Positions 30,953-44,313 of a DNA stretch of 64,000 nt are shown here, piece by piece. This DNA is from the human T2T-CHM13v2.0 reference genome, Homo sapiens. The stretch lies in the NCBI RefSeq assembly GCF_009914755.1, contig NC_060934.1; one strand, written 5' to 3'. How positions within the stretch are numbered: the stretch's first letter is position 1; every line of letters starts with the position of its first letter. The position numbers were made by a program, and so were the translations under genes. Under the pieces are notes generated by a model. That model worked only from the letters and a program-made list of their open reading frames with translations, was not told the origin of the DNA and did not search any database.

Positions 30953-33900
30953 TGAATAAAACAGAGAAGGGGTGCAGCTCTTCTGCCATATCCCGGGGCT
31001 GCCTCTCCCTCTAGAGGTCCTGGACACTGCCTGAGGAAGTGACAGGAGAGGGAAGCCTCAGACACAGGACATTGATTGCCACATCCTATTTGGGGAAGTG
31101 ATTGTGGGAAACAGGCTCATACGTCTGTGGGAAAACCCTTTTAGACTGCAGTGTCAAAGGCCTGGGGGCCACTCGGGCCACCTCCCAGTTCTCTGTTCTG
31201 TTTCACTCAAGTGGCCAGAGTTGGGGCTGCTGCTCATCTGAAGGACTTCCAGCTCGTGGAGCCCCAAACCTGCCCCATCCCTGCTTGCTTACCACTTGGC
31301 TGCTTTCCCACAGTCCTGTGTCTGAAAATTACATGATTTCAGGTCTGTTTGTGAGATGTTTTCTGAGTGCCTGCTCCGGGCAGGGGCAGGAGTGATGATG
31401 TGAAGCCCGAGGGGAGTGAGGCTAAGTCAGGCAAGGCTCACCCTGTGGGGTGCAGGATGCGGGATGTTGCTGCTGCTGCTCCCTCCCCTTGAGCCTCCTG
31501 CCTCCTCCCTCACCCTTCACAACCAGATAGGACAGTGACTTTCTGAAATGTGGGTCTGGTCTGTTGCCTCCCTGCTGCAGGACTTCCCTATTGCTCTCAG
31601 GAAGAAGGCCAGAGTCTTCGCCCTTCTCCTCAAGACCCTCCTGGTGTATCCCTGACCCATCCTGGCTCGGCAATGGAGCATTTCCTGAGGCTCCTCCTGC
31701 TCACCCTGCTCCATACCAACCTTGCTTCTGGAACACACCAGCTCTCTCCAGCCACAGGGCCTTTGCCTATGTTGTACTCACTCTCTCCCCTAAGCCACCT
31801 CCACAGCACAGGGCCATTAGCCTTCAGATCTTGCCTTCACTGTTGCTTTTCAGGAAAGCCTGTCCTGAGCCTCCCAGAACCTTGCTCCTTTCTTTCAGAC
31901 CCTTTTTCTCAGGTTGTGATGATATACTCCTTAGTGAGACTACTGGATAAATGTCTGTTTCCTTCTGGACTGGAAGTCTGCGAGAGCTAGGACCTGCCAC
32001 TGAGGGCCACCCTTGCATCCTTAGTGTCTGACACATAGTAGGGGATCAATAAATGTGGGTAGAGTTGAATTAAATGGTTGAGGTGCACCCAGGAGAAGCT
32101 GGAGCAAGCAGATAGGGCCCCAGCCAGGCCATGGCTCTCTCTGTATAGGACCGAGTAGGGTAAATGTTAGGAGATGCCCAGCTCAGGAGCTCAGAGGAAA
32201 TATAAGTGCCAAGAACAGGGACTTACTCTTACCTAGGGCCCTAGGGAGGCTTCCCAGAAGAAGTGTTCCCAGTGCTGGGTGATGGGAAGGGGGCATTCCA
32301 AGTGAGGAGAAGGCAGGAACCAAGGTGAGAGGGAGGCTGATGTCTGGGTGTGGGGCCATAGGAAGGCCAGGCTGGCATGTGCGAGGGATTGGTGGGCAAG
32401 GGGCCAGCTGAGTGTGTTAAAAGGCAGGCAGGGTGTGGAGGGTGACTCTGCTGCTACAGGAACAGCCTCCAAAGCATCTTCTTTTGGCCTCAATTTCCTC
32501 ATCTGTAAAATGGGCATACACATACACTGATCTCTTAGGGTTGTCGTGAGGATTGAGCAAGTTAAATGCGTCACACGCTCAGGGCAGTGTGGATCATGCA
32601 GTAAGGCCTCGTGTTTGCTGTTATTATGATCATTATCCGACAAAAGGAGTTTGGCTTACTTTCTCCTTGTCAGACTGACTTAGCTTCCCGCCCCCATGGG
32701 AACTGGGTATGTGTGCCAGGAAGTGTGTGCGTGTGTGTACGTGTGACTGCACAGCTATGAGCCGGTATGTGCCTGTGGAAAGTGGGCTGCCTTGTGTGGA
32801 CTCGGGTGTCGTGGCTTCTCCCGGAAGTCGTGGGCATGCCTCTGGCTCAGGGGAGCATCGGCCGACTGGGCTTGCTCTCCCCCAGATCCCGCCCAGCCCT
32901 CTGCTGATGACTCTAGGTCAGGCCTGAATGTCCCTCCTAACCGCTTCCCCAGACCCACTCAGAAGTGGGAGCAGCAGGGTCTTGAGCTGCGGGCTCAGGA
33001 CCCAGTCCAGTCCCTTACAGGGCCCAGGCCTCTGAGTTCCATCTGCTGTGGGACAGCCTCCACCTTTCCCGTGGCCCCTTCCTCAGCCCCTACCCCTCTG
33101 TCCTCCCACCTGCCCGCTGGCTTTCTCTTCCCACCCAGCCCTTTCCCTGGGGTCCAAGATCCCAGACCTTGAGGACAGGGGCTGGTGTCCAGGCCAGGGC
33201 CAGGGAGGATGGTGCTGTCCTGTTGTCCTGGTAGAGGCCCCTGAGCTTGTGTTGGATGGTGACATTGTCCCTCAGACATGGCCTGAGTCCTGGTCCTGCC
33301 TGTGACCTGCTGGGTAACCTCACGCAAGCTCCTTAGCCTCTCAGAACCTCCACTTTCTTCTCTGTAAAACAGATATCATCATAGCCACTGCCACCCACAC
33401 AGTTCCTGGTGCACGGTGCATGCTCATTGCATGGCAGCTGCTCTCTTGATGATGATCTGGGCTCCCGGCATGCCTGCCCAGGGCTGGAGGGGCCTGCCAT
33501 CCCAGCCTCCCTCTTCCCCCTCTGTTCCCACCTTTCCCTCTTCCCTGAGTGTGGGGTGCCAGTGTCCACCTTAAGATTTCTCTAGAAACTTTGCGAGTCT
33601 GTGGAAGCAGGCGTATGTTGACTGTGGACATTGAGAGGTGTGCATGTAACCATGTGAGTACATGTCTGGTGGTCAGTAGATGGCTGAGTGCGCTCAGTGG
33701 TGAATGCTCCCAAGTGCTTATGAGCCCATGTATATGCACATTTGTGTGACATGATGCAGAAGAATAGTGCAGGTCTGTGTTGGGGTGTGTGGTGTGTGTG
33801 TATGTGCATGGTTAAAGGGATAGGTTGGTGTGGGGGGGAAAAGCCTGGATTCTGGTGCTGCACTGCCTGGGTTTGCATTCCAGCCTTGCCACCTTTTAGG

Positions 33901-34299
33901 TGAGCAGCCTCTCTTTGTCTCAGTTTTCTCATCTGTAAGACCATCATCATCATCTTAGAGATGGTACCTGTTGATCTGTTGATAATGACTGTAATACTGA
34001 CCTCATCATTCAGCCTGTGAGGACCAAAGGAGTTAATACTTGCAAAGCCCTTGGAACAGAGCCTGGAAGAAGACAGAAACGGTGTTAGCACTTGGTTAAC
34101 AGCTCCATCAGCTTGATTGTGAACCTCTTGAGGGCAGGGACGATGTCTGTTTTGCTTCCCAGGGGGTCCCCTCTCACCTAGCAGGACCTCTGCATGTAGT
34201 AGGTGCATGAGGCTAGTGAATGAATGGCTGTCGGCCTGGGCGTTCAGGGAGGGCTGTGTGTGTCACTACATCCCTGAGATGGGGCTGTGTGTGATGGGG

Positions 34300-34830
34300 A
34301 TGTGTGTGCGTGTGCGCGCCTCTGCTCGCTTTCTGGAGCTCGCTGCTATTTCAGGAAGCCTCCAGTCTCCTCCTCCTTATGTAAATAAACATGACAGATC
34401 CCATCGGCTGTACCAGCGCGGGAGGTGGGGAGGCTGGAGTGGGTGGGAGCGGGGAGGCGGCGGCCGGAGGGGTGTGCGTGCTGCGTGCGCGTGTGGCCGG
34501 CTGGCCGCGGGCGGGCGGCGTGCGCGTGTGCCGGAGGGGGCGCGTGGGGGCGCGTGGGGGCGCGGGAGGGGCCTCGGCCCTGCCATGCCGGTCTCCGCCC
34601 GCGGGGGAGGAGACGGGGGAGGAGGAGGGGAGCAGCCGGCCGGGGCGACTCGGTGACCAGCCGGCCGGCCCAGCAGAGGTGGCTGCACTGCCCGTCGCCG
34701 GAGATGGGGGGACAGATCACCCGGAGCACTCTCCACGGTAAGGCCCCGCGGATGCCTGCGGGCCCGCCCACCCCAGCCCGAGACCGCCTGGGGAGGCCGG
34801 GCGGAGGGGCGCTGGGGCTGAGGGCTTGGT
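34300..34830 (+). promoter_or_regulatory. NEURL1: CpG island / internal alternative promoter of NEURL1
   Basis: Dense CpG and GC-rich sequence, tandem GCGTGGGGGC repeats (EGR/SP-like) and a CTTATGTAAATAAACA element. It lies directly upstream of an ATG and a consensus 5' splice site. Confidence 0.85.
34704..34737 (+). CDS. NEURL1: NEURL1 alternative first coding exon (MGGQITRSTLH + 1 nt)
   Basis: Strong Kozak GAGATGG and donor G|GTAAGG at 34738. The phase-1 end joins exon 2 to give ...TLH-D-SIGGPF. It resembles the MGGQITR N-terminus I recall for the shorter vertebrate Neurl1 isoform. Confidence 0.85.
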
Positions 34831-35011
34831 CATGCCCCTACTTCTCACTCCATGGAGGGGTCTGGGGCTGTGTGGGGGCACCTTTTGGTGGTGGGCACTG
34901 GGGTGGGGGCAGCAAGGGAGCTGGGTAGAGCAGGAAGAGGGGTGCCTTCCCTGACAGTGGCGCCCTCCCACTGATGGTGGGAGGTCAGGCAGCTGAGGCT
35001 CCCCACAAAGT

Positions 35012-35059
35012 CTCCTTGTCCTCTTACCTCCTTGTCCTCTTACCTCCTTGTCCTCTTAC
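35012..35059 (+). repeat. 16-bp tandem repeat, 3 perfect copies
   Basis: (CTCCTTGTCCTCTTAC)x3. Confidence 0.95.
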
Positions 35060-36469
35060 CAAGGTGCTGACTAGTCCCCAAGTGGGATGCGAGGTCCTGG
35101 GTTTCCCTACCCACCTCTCCCGGGACGGAGGCAGCCACAGTTAGTTAGACAGCTGAGGGGACCTGCTTGTCGGCTCTGGGATGTGGGCCTTGGAGATGGT
35201 GCTGTGTTCTATGCTGGAGCCCCGCAAAGACATGTGGGCACCCACATGTGTGCTGAGTGTGCATGTGTGTCTGTGCTCGTGAGTAGGCACTGAAGGTGCC
35301 CGTGGGTGTGCACCTGTGCCGGCTTGTGCCTAAGCACACGGGTGTGCAAGTGACAGCACCCCACAGCGCCTGACCTCGCTTCTCCAAGTGTGTGCTCTGT
35401 GGGGGAGGCCAGAGAACTTCTGAGCCCTGCAGGTCACGTCCACAGTCAGACAGACCCACAGCCTGGAGCTGGAGGGGTTAAAGAGAGGGGGCCACTGGCT
35501 GGCTCCCCATTTGCAGAGCTCCTGCTTGCTCCAAACCCTGTCCTCTTGTTCCCCTAGCTCTAGTACTGTGGTCTTGGGAGCGCCATGGCCGATGTGGCAG
35601 CAGACCCGGAGAAGCCTTCCTAGGGACTTGTGTGTCTTCCCTGGGCCCTGGGAACTGGGGTCCTTTACAAACCAGCCAGAACAGAATAGGCTGACCTTGG
35701 GGAGTCCCTGACGCACTCCCCTATGTACCCTGCTCCCTGCTTGGATGGGGTATTAGGAGGTGGGACAGTGTCCATCTGCCGAGTCCAGTGGGCACTGAGG
35801 AGCCTGGGAGAGGCTCAGGAAGGAAGGAGGGTGGTGGCAGGAGCGCATGGGCAGCCGCAGCCGGAACTGGTGACCAGGTGGCTTCTCCCTTCCAGGCTCT
35901 GGACTTTGGGAGAGTAATTTCTAATTAAAAAAGAAAAAAGACAGGGAAAGATGTAGGAAAAGCAAATCATTGGCTCTCTTAAAAGGAAATGAATTCCGTC
36001 CTGGGTTTGGAGGGCTAAGTGACAGATGGAAGGCCCTGGAAGACACATAATCCGGAGCCAGGCCAGGGGCACTGCCAGTGGCCTGGGCCTTGGCCGGAGA
36101 GTTGGATTGGGCTGACCTGAGCCTGGCCTTGCCCGTCTGTGGGGTGGGGGCTCTTCTCAGGGCTTGCTGGCCCCGGCGGGGCCTGTTGGCAGAGGGTCTG
36201 GAGCCGACTGGCATTTTCCACTGGAGTCAGACTTGGGCAAGCCTGTGGTCTGGGAAGGACAGAGAGGCTCTCAGAGCAGACTCAGGACATAGTACACTGT
36301 CCTCCAGCTGCCTGGAGCACAGGCTCCCTAGAGGGTGAGACCACCTTAGCTCATGCTCTGGGAGTGGGTAGATATGTTTTGTAAGGAAGGCAAATGTCTT
36401 CCCGAGCCTCAGTTTTCTCACCTGTCAATGAGGCTAGTAATAGCACCCTCCTTCTAAGATTGCTGTGCA

Positions 36470-36600
36470 GGCCAGGCCCGATGGTTCACGCCTGCAATCC
36501 CAGACACCTTGGAGGCTGAGGTGGGAGGATTGCTTGAGCCCAGGAGTTCGAGACCAGCCTGGATAATATAGTGAGACCTCGTCTCAAGAAAAAAAGAAAA
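36470..36600 (+). mobile_element. FLAM-type Alu monomer inserted in a MIR
   Basis: Single left arm with an A-rich tail. aagattgctgtg/aagattattgtg flanks. Confidence 0.8.
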
Positions 36601-37197
36601 CAAGATTATTGTGAGGATTACATGAATCATGTGAGCAGAGAACTCAACATGGGGAAAATCAAGAGGGCTTGGAAAGGCAACCTGGGCCCAAGGTCATATT
36701 CCCTCCCTCTCATTTGTCCCATTTCCCTGGGGGCAGGAGGATCACTTGCGGTGCTCTAAGAACTCTAGGAATTGGGCATCCAGGCTAGGTGGCCATCAGT
36801 GAGCGCTCATCAAATGCCACATCTGCCTTGACCTCCACCCTTTTGCCAGGACCGCCCTCCCAGGCGGGGCCTCCCTTAAGCTGGCCCTGGGCCTTTGCCA
36901 TTGCACAAGCAGAGGGGACAGGAGTTGGAAGGTCTGGAGAGGGAGTGTTTGCCTGTGTCCACACAGCCAACCTCCACCCCCATCAGAACCCTTGCATATG
37001 CGTCCTCATGCATCCACGCCCATGTGTGCCCACACCTGTACACACGCCCTAGCTGCCCCAGCGGCTCTGGTTTCACCTTCTTCTGGGAAATGAGCTGGGG
37101 CCAGCGGGAGACGCAGGGGTTTGCTCCTTCCTAGGGGTGCCGTAGCCTGTAGCTGGGCTCCTGAAGACACATTGAAATGGTCCTTGATTGTATTATC

Positions 37198-37501
37198 TTT
37201 TCTTTTCTTTTCTTTTTTTTTGAGACGTAGTCTCTCTCTGCCACCCAGATTGGAGTGCAGTGGCATGATCTCAGCTCACTGCAAACTCTGCCTCCTGAGT
37301 TCAAGCAATTCTCTGCCTCAGCCTCCCGAGTAGCTGGGATCACAGGCACCCACCACCATGCCCGGCTAATTTTTTGTATTTTTAGTAGAGACGGGGTTTC
37401 ACCATGTTGGTCAGGCTGGTCTTGAATTCCTGACCTCGTGATCCACCTGTGTCGGCCTCCCAAAGTGCTGGGTTTACAGGTGTGAGCCACCGCGCTTGGC
37501 T
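37198..37501 (-). mobile_element. AluS
   Basis: Antisense Alu dimer with TSD tgattgtatt. Confidence 0.9.
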
Positions 37502-37825
37502 GATTGTATTTTCTTTAGGGCCTTGGACTTTCGGCTTGATTCGGGCCAAACATTTTGGATTGCTGCGTTAAAGTGAGTGAGGGGAGGGTGACAGGAGGAC
37601 CCAGGACTCTGTATGTGTGTCGGGGGTCATCTAATTGTGTGTTTTGTTTGTGGACGTGTTTTGGCTCTCTGAGCTTCTGATGTCAACAGATGTGTATCTG
37701 TGTTTTAGATCTCTGTGTACCTGTGTGATGTGTCTCTAACTGTGGATTGAAGCGACTGTGTGTTGCCGGGCCTGTGTTTCCATGCGGGGGCAGCCACATC
37801 TGTGGTACTCTGTGCCTGTGCCATG

Positions 37826-37827
<2 letters not shown>

Positions 37828-37866
<39 letters not shown>
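37828..37866 (+). repeat. (TG)19 microsatellite
   Basis: Perfect TG run. Confidence 0.97.
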
Positions 37867-37868
<2 letters not shown>

Positions 37869-39144
37869 TGGGGCTGGTGGTGAGGAGTCGGGCTCCTCTG
37901 GGACCAGCCTGGCAGGAGACCCATGGGGAAATGAATTCCCATTTGGAAAATGGTTTAAGCGGTTACACGCTTGATCTCTTCCATTCGGTAGGTTTCCAGA
38001 GCTGCTCCTGGTCTTGAGAGCAGGCTGACAGGGGCGGGAAGGGTAGTGCGAAGAGGGAGGCAGCAGTGACACTGGGAGGTCCCCCTCCTCTCGCCTCTGC
38101 CGTCCTCTCTTCTTCCTTTCCCCCCACTTCCTCCTTCACCTCCCTTCAATGCTCCCTCAGGGCAAGGAAGGGACCCCTTGCTGACGGCTGATGTGTGGGT
38201 GACACACGCACCTGCACCCAGACATTCATGTCACCCTCAGGTTAGTCTCTGGATTTAACAAGCCTGAGTGTCAGAGGATGCTGGCGTACAGGGACCCGAG
38301 ACATTGGCTCCCACCCCCTCCTGTCACAGAGGGAGATGCTGTGGCCAGGAAAGGGAAATGGCTAACTGAGGCCACACAGCTGGCGCCTCAGTGGGGAAGC
38401 CAGGACTTGTTCCTTCTGCAGCCGGTCCCCCACTTACCGTTCTTGGGTTCCTTAATCCTCAAGCAGGCAGCAGCGGAGAAGGCATCCAGTGGCCTTGTGA
38501 AACCCAAGATTAGCAGAGGGAGCTACCTATCTCCCGGCAGCAGCTCTGGGGGCTTAGACCAAGGGGAGCTCCGGAGCTTGAAGGTGCACATCCCCACACC
38601 TGGCTCGTGCCTGTGGGCTCCAGGAAGGTGGGCATCCGGTCACTCTAGCTCTGCATTCCCTTACCTCAGCCTGGCGCCTGGCACACAGTGGCTCCCAGCA
38701 GATGCTGGGTCAGTGGGTAGCGGGGAAGAGTGTGGGGTGGACAGAGGCCCTTGCCTGCTGGACGGCAGGGCAGTTGGAGCTGAAGGTGGCCTGAGGGGTG
38801 GGTGGGGTAGCCATCAGGGAGGTGAGGCCAGGGCTGGGCAGTGAGGCCAGGCAGTATTTGGAAAGGAAGGGAAGGCGGAGCAGGTGTTCTCGGTGAGAGT
38901 TTGAATCCTGTTCTGCTCTTGCTGGCTGTGTGACTTTGGGTCAGTACCTTCATCTGTCTGCATCTCAGCATCCACTTCTGTAAATTGGGAAGGGTAAGTT
39001 TTACCTTATAGAGTTGTAGGAAGGATTAAGTGAGCCAGTGGACGCTAAGGGCAGTACACCTGGTACATAGTAAGCACTCCACAGAGTGTGCTTTTATGAA
39101 GGTTTTTGTGGAGGCTCCTCTAGGTCTGTGTGTGCTTGCCAGTG

Positions 39145-39405
39145 CATGCACACACATATGTGCGCACACACACACATGTACATGTACACATACGCACACA
39201 CATACACACATGCATGCACACACACAACACACACATGCACACACACATTACACACATGCACACACACGTACATGCACGCACATATATACACATATGCACA
39301 TGCACACATATACACAATGCACGCACACATGCACACATACACACAAGTGCACACATAAACACACGCACACACACATACACGCATGCACACACACATACAC
39401 ACTCA
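39145..39405 (+). repeat. Degenerate (CA)n / CACATG low-complexity tract
   Basis: About 260 bp of nearly unbroken purine-pyrimidine alternation. Confidence 0.93.
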
Positions 39406-40189
39406 CCTGCTGCCTCTGTCCCCCAGCCCTGCACATTGGTTGTGTCTGCCATGAGGCACACGTGCCATCTGTGTGTGTGCACGCATGTACACATGCATGA
39501 CTGTGGATTTGATATGGGGAGCTGGGGTGCTGATGTTACTGGGCTGCACTTCCCCTCATTCTCCAGGCCTGGCCTGGGGGGCTGGAAGGACTGGGGCAGG
39601 GATTGGGAGCTGAGCCCTGAAGAATTAACATTTGGAGTCCCCTCCTGGAATCTTGAGGTGGGACACAAGAGGGAGAGGAGGAGGACTGGTCCTTCTCCCA
39701 GAGCAGTGAGGAATTGGGAGGCACAGCTGTATAACCTCTGGCTGCTAGAAATGTCAGGATGGGGATGTTGCAGAGTGAGTGAGAGCAGGAGGCTCAGTTG
39801 GGGATTAACTTGACTATGAAGGTGCCAGTCTTAACCGTTGCCTGCCACTTTCTTTCACCCACCCTGTCATGATGAGTTCATTCATCTTCCAGGGAGCAGC
39901 AGGACCTGCCGTTCGCATGCCAGGAACTCTGTGGGAGGTGCCAGGGTGCTAACATGGCCCCCACCCTGGGCATGCACAGGGGCTGTGGTGTTCATGGAGA
40001 AACTAACTTAGGAGGAGAGAGGGGACTGAGCATGCCAGTTAGCTAGCTGGAGCCCGTGGAGGAACCTCTGCACCAGTGCGACAGATCTGAGTTCAGAGCC
40101 CAGCTCTGCCACTTACCAGCTATGTGACCTTGGGCAAGTTATTGCCTCTCAGAGCCTCTGTTTCCTTATCTGTGAAATGGGACTATTGA

Positions 40190-41020
<831 letters not shown>

Positions 41021-41417
41021 CCTGCCTTGCAGGGATTGGAGGGTGTGATCAGGTTGTGTATGAAGGGCAAATGCTGCAGCATTTGATACACAAGAAAGAA
41101 TCAACCCTCATGGCCTTCCTTATCTGCTTCTTTTCTACTGCTGGCAAGTGAGGAGCTATTGAAGGTTCTTGAGCAGGCAGGGCTGTAGTCAGGCATGCTA
41201 GGCAGGGAAGGGAGCTGCTCCCTTTATTCCTTTCTTTTTCTAATCTCTCCACCGGACACCAGAAAGGGCAAGGCACGAAGTGGGTGCTGCCTGAACTCCT
41301 GCCAATTCATCAGTAGATAGAAGAATCAAACACTAGCAATTCATTCAGTAACTTTTATTGAGGACCTGCTATATGCTGTGAACTAGGCTATAGGGATACA
41401 GTAGTAAAAAAGACAAT

Positions 41418-41749
<332 letters not shown>

Positions 41750-44296
41750 TCACAGTCCATCAGGGGGAAAGACAGGCACAAATAACCTTGCAGCCTTTCC
41801 CAGTGCAGTGCTACTCTGCAGAACACAGAAGCTGATGGGAGTGACTTCTCAACTCTCCTGAGGATGGCATAGAACCAAAATCATTCTGGATGCAGAAGAG
41901 ACAAGTCAATGCATTGCATACAACAAGTGCCTCGGGGTATCTGGGCTTAATCTTGTGTAAGAACCAGGATTGGGAAAGGCTGCTTGGTGATGCGTCCTCT
42001 GTTAGGGGGCTGATGGGGTCCTCAAAGGTCCATAGTAAGGCCCCTAACCTAGTCTGGGGGTCAGAGAGACTTCTGGGAAAAATCTACGTCCGAAGGATGC
42101 ATGAGAAAGGCAGATATATAGGTGGGAAGGAGGAAGGAAATGTTCCCAGCACAGAAATGGGCCTGGGCCAAGCCTGGAAATCAAAGACAGGTGTGGGAGG
42201 TGGAGGCCCCTTTAGGGAACCCAAAGAAGTTTAATTCTGCCCAGTTTTACAATCATCTCTGTCCCCCAAGTTCCATCCCCACCTGTCCTTCTCCCACCAG
42301 GAGTCAGGCATCCCCAGCTTTCCAACCATTCTCCTAAATCCTTTCCCCCAGAGGGAGCCCTGTTCAGTTAATGCAGTTAAACGAGTCCATATCAGGACCA
42401 CCCTGGCAATCTGAGATTAGGACGTTTGGGGTAAAATAAGACTGAAGTTCCTAGTCTCCCATTGGACTGAAATGAGCCGATCATTTCCTGCAGTAGTTAT
42501 GTTTGCTTTTATATTTTTAAAAAAGACCTTATGTTGCGATCAAGTGTTAAAGTTTGCAAAATTCTTTCACATCTATAAACTTACCGGGGCCTCACTACAG
42601 CCTAGAGAGGTGGGCAGGGCAGCTATGATGAGCTTCATTTTACAGAGAAATAAATCAAGGTCCAGAGAGGTGAAGCAACTTGTCCAAAGTCACACAGCAA
42701 GTCTGTGGCCTGGTCAGGGTTTGAACCCACGGCCTCTTGCCTCCAATACTCATTCTCTGTGCCTCGCCCCACCGCCCAGAAAGTGAGACGAGACTGTCTC
42801 TTGGATGAAGATGATGATGCCAGCACTGGTATTCAGGACCACAGATTCAGAACAAGATGATCTTGGATGCAGTGGGCTTCAGCTGGGCCTTGAAAGATGG
42901 GTGGGGTTTGGAGAGGCGCAGATGAGGCAGAGGGAATGGCTTGAGCAAAGGTGTGGGGATAGGAAAGCAGAATGATATAAATAGTAATAATAATAATAAT
43001 AGCAACTACCTACTGAGTTTTACAAACACCATCTATTTTAATCCTCACAAGAATCCCATGAAGGCCTGCCATGACCCCATTTTACAGATGAGGAAAGTGA
43101 GGCTCCCAAGGTCTTACAGTTAGTGACAGAGCTGCTAGGTTTGGAGGCAGCCAGCCCTGGGTTCAGATCTGGGCTCCTCACTCAATGTGTAAACCTAACT
43201 TCAGAGGATCTGTGCCAGAGTGGCATTGGGGGCATAAATCAAGACACTGCCCTTGAAGCCATGAGAGGCTGGGCACTGTCATCAGTATCAGTGCCTCTGC
43301 TCTTGGCTGGGGTGGTGAGCTCCCCCCCATCTCTCCTTGGCAGCCCAGCTGAGCCCAGCCTAGGGCATCTGGGTCTCTGCCAGTGGTTCTGGGGCAGAGC
43401 TTGGTGGGGGCCATGGGGAGGTCACTCCGGAGGGTATGTGTGTCAAGGCGTCTGCCCTGGGACCCCGCTGAGAGGCAGGAATGTGGTCTGCCAGCTGAGG
43501 GTCACCCAGAGAGCTGGCCAGGCTTGTGTCTGGCAGCTCATAAATGCCCAGGAGGAATGGGGCTGTCGGGGGAGTTTCCACCATGTCAGCAGCAGCCTCG
43601 CCTGAGGAGGGTGCCCCCACTGGGGCTCCCAAGAAGCCTGTAAACCTGTCACTTGAGGGCCCTCCCTGGGAGCTCTGCTGAGAGCCACGTGGCACAACTG
43701 GGGCTCCATCCAGTTGTGTGTGCCTCTGTGGAGCAGTTGTGCAGCCCACACGCCCCCCCCATTTTGAGGCACTTTGCTGCAGCTGCTCCCCTAGCCTGGG
43801 CCGCCCAGCCCCTCCTGCACACAGCCTTCCCCGAATTGCCTGCTGTCTTGGACTCGTGGGGAAAAGGAGCTCTAGTACCACAGGCTGAGTAGGGTAAAGG
43901 TCCCCAGACATGGCTTTGGAAGACCAGGGTTCAAGTCCCAGTTCTGCCACATAACTGCTGTGTGACCACAAGTGAGTTGCTTAACCATTCCGAATCCAAC
44001 TCCTTCATTCGTAGAATAGGGACCTTAAAGGGTCATAGTCCCAGTGCTGGGAGGGACCCTGTTACATAGTGTAGGGGGGAAGCCCCACCTCCAGCTGTCC
44101 CCTCTGGACCCTTGGCATCAGAGCTATGTCCAAAGTTCATTCTCATTTTGCTTTCTGCTTGCCACCCCACTCCCTGCCTCCAAGATTTTAATGCCAGGAT
44201 GGAGGAGGGGGTAGCAGGAGCAGGGACACTGCAGTGGGGTAGGAGGGGGGTCACCCTGATGAAGGCTGCACATTGGACACTCATAGTCCATGAGAA

Positions 44297-44313
44297 CAGC
44301 GCCCCCTAGAGGA
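44297..44313 (-). promoter_or_regulatory. CTCF core motif
   Basis: Minus strand TCCTCTAGGGGGCGCTG matches CCASYAGRKGGCRS with one mismatch, in unique sequence with locally retained CpGs. Confidence 0.65.

Noticed and set aside
34425-34703. Open frame upstream of and in frame with ATG 34704 (possible non-AUG extension)
   Set aside because: The lack of stops is explained by extreme GC content, and the ATG already has a strong Kozak context and a Gly2 motif.
34665-34975. CTCF-like strings near the alternative exon (CCAGCAGAGGTGGC; CAGTGGGAGGGCGC on the minus strand)
   Set aside because: Spacing does not fit the core motif, and such strings are expected by chance in a CpG island.
39026-39813. 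His/Thr-rich and Cys/Val-rich ORFs up to 227 aa
   Set aside because: Artefact of the stop-free CA/TG tract.
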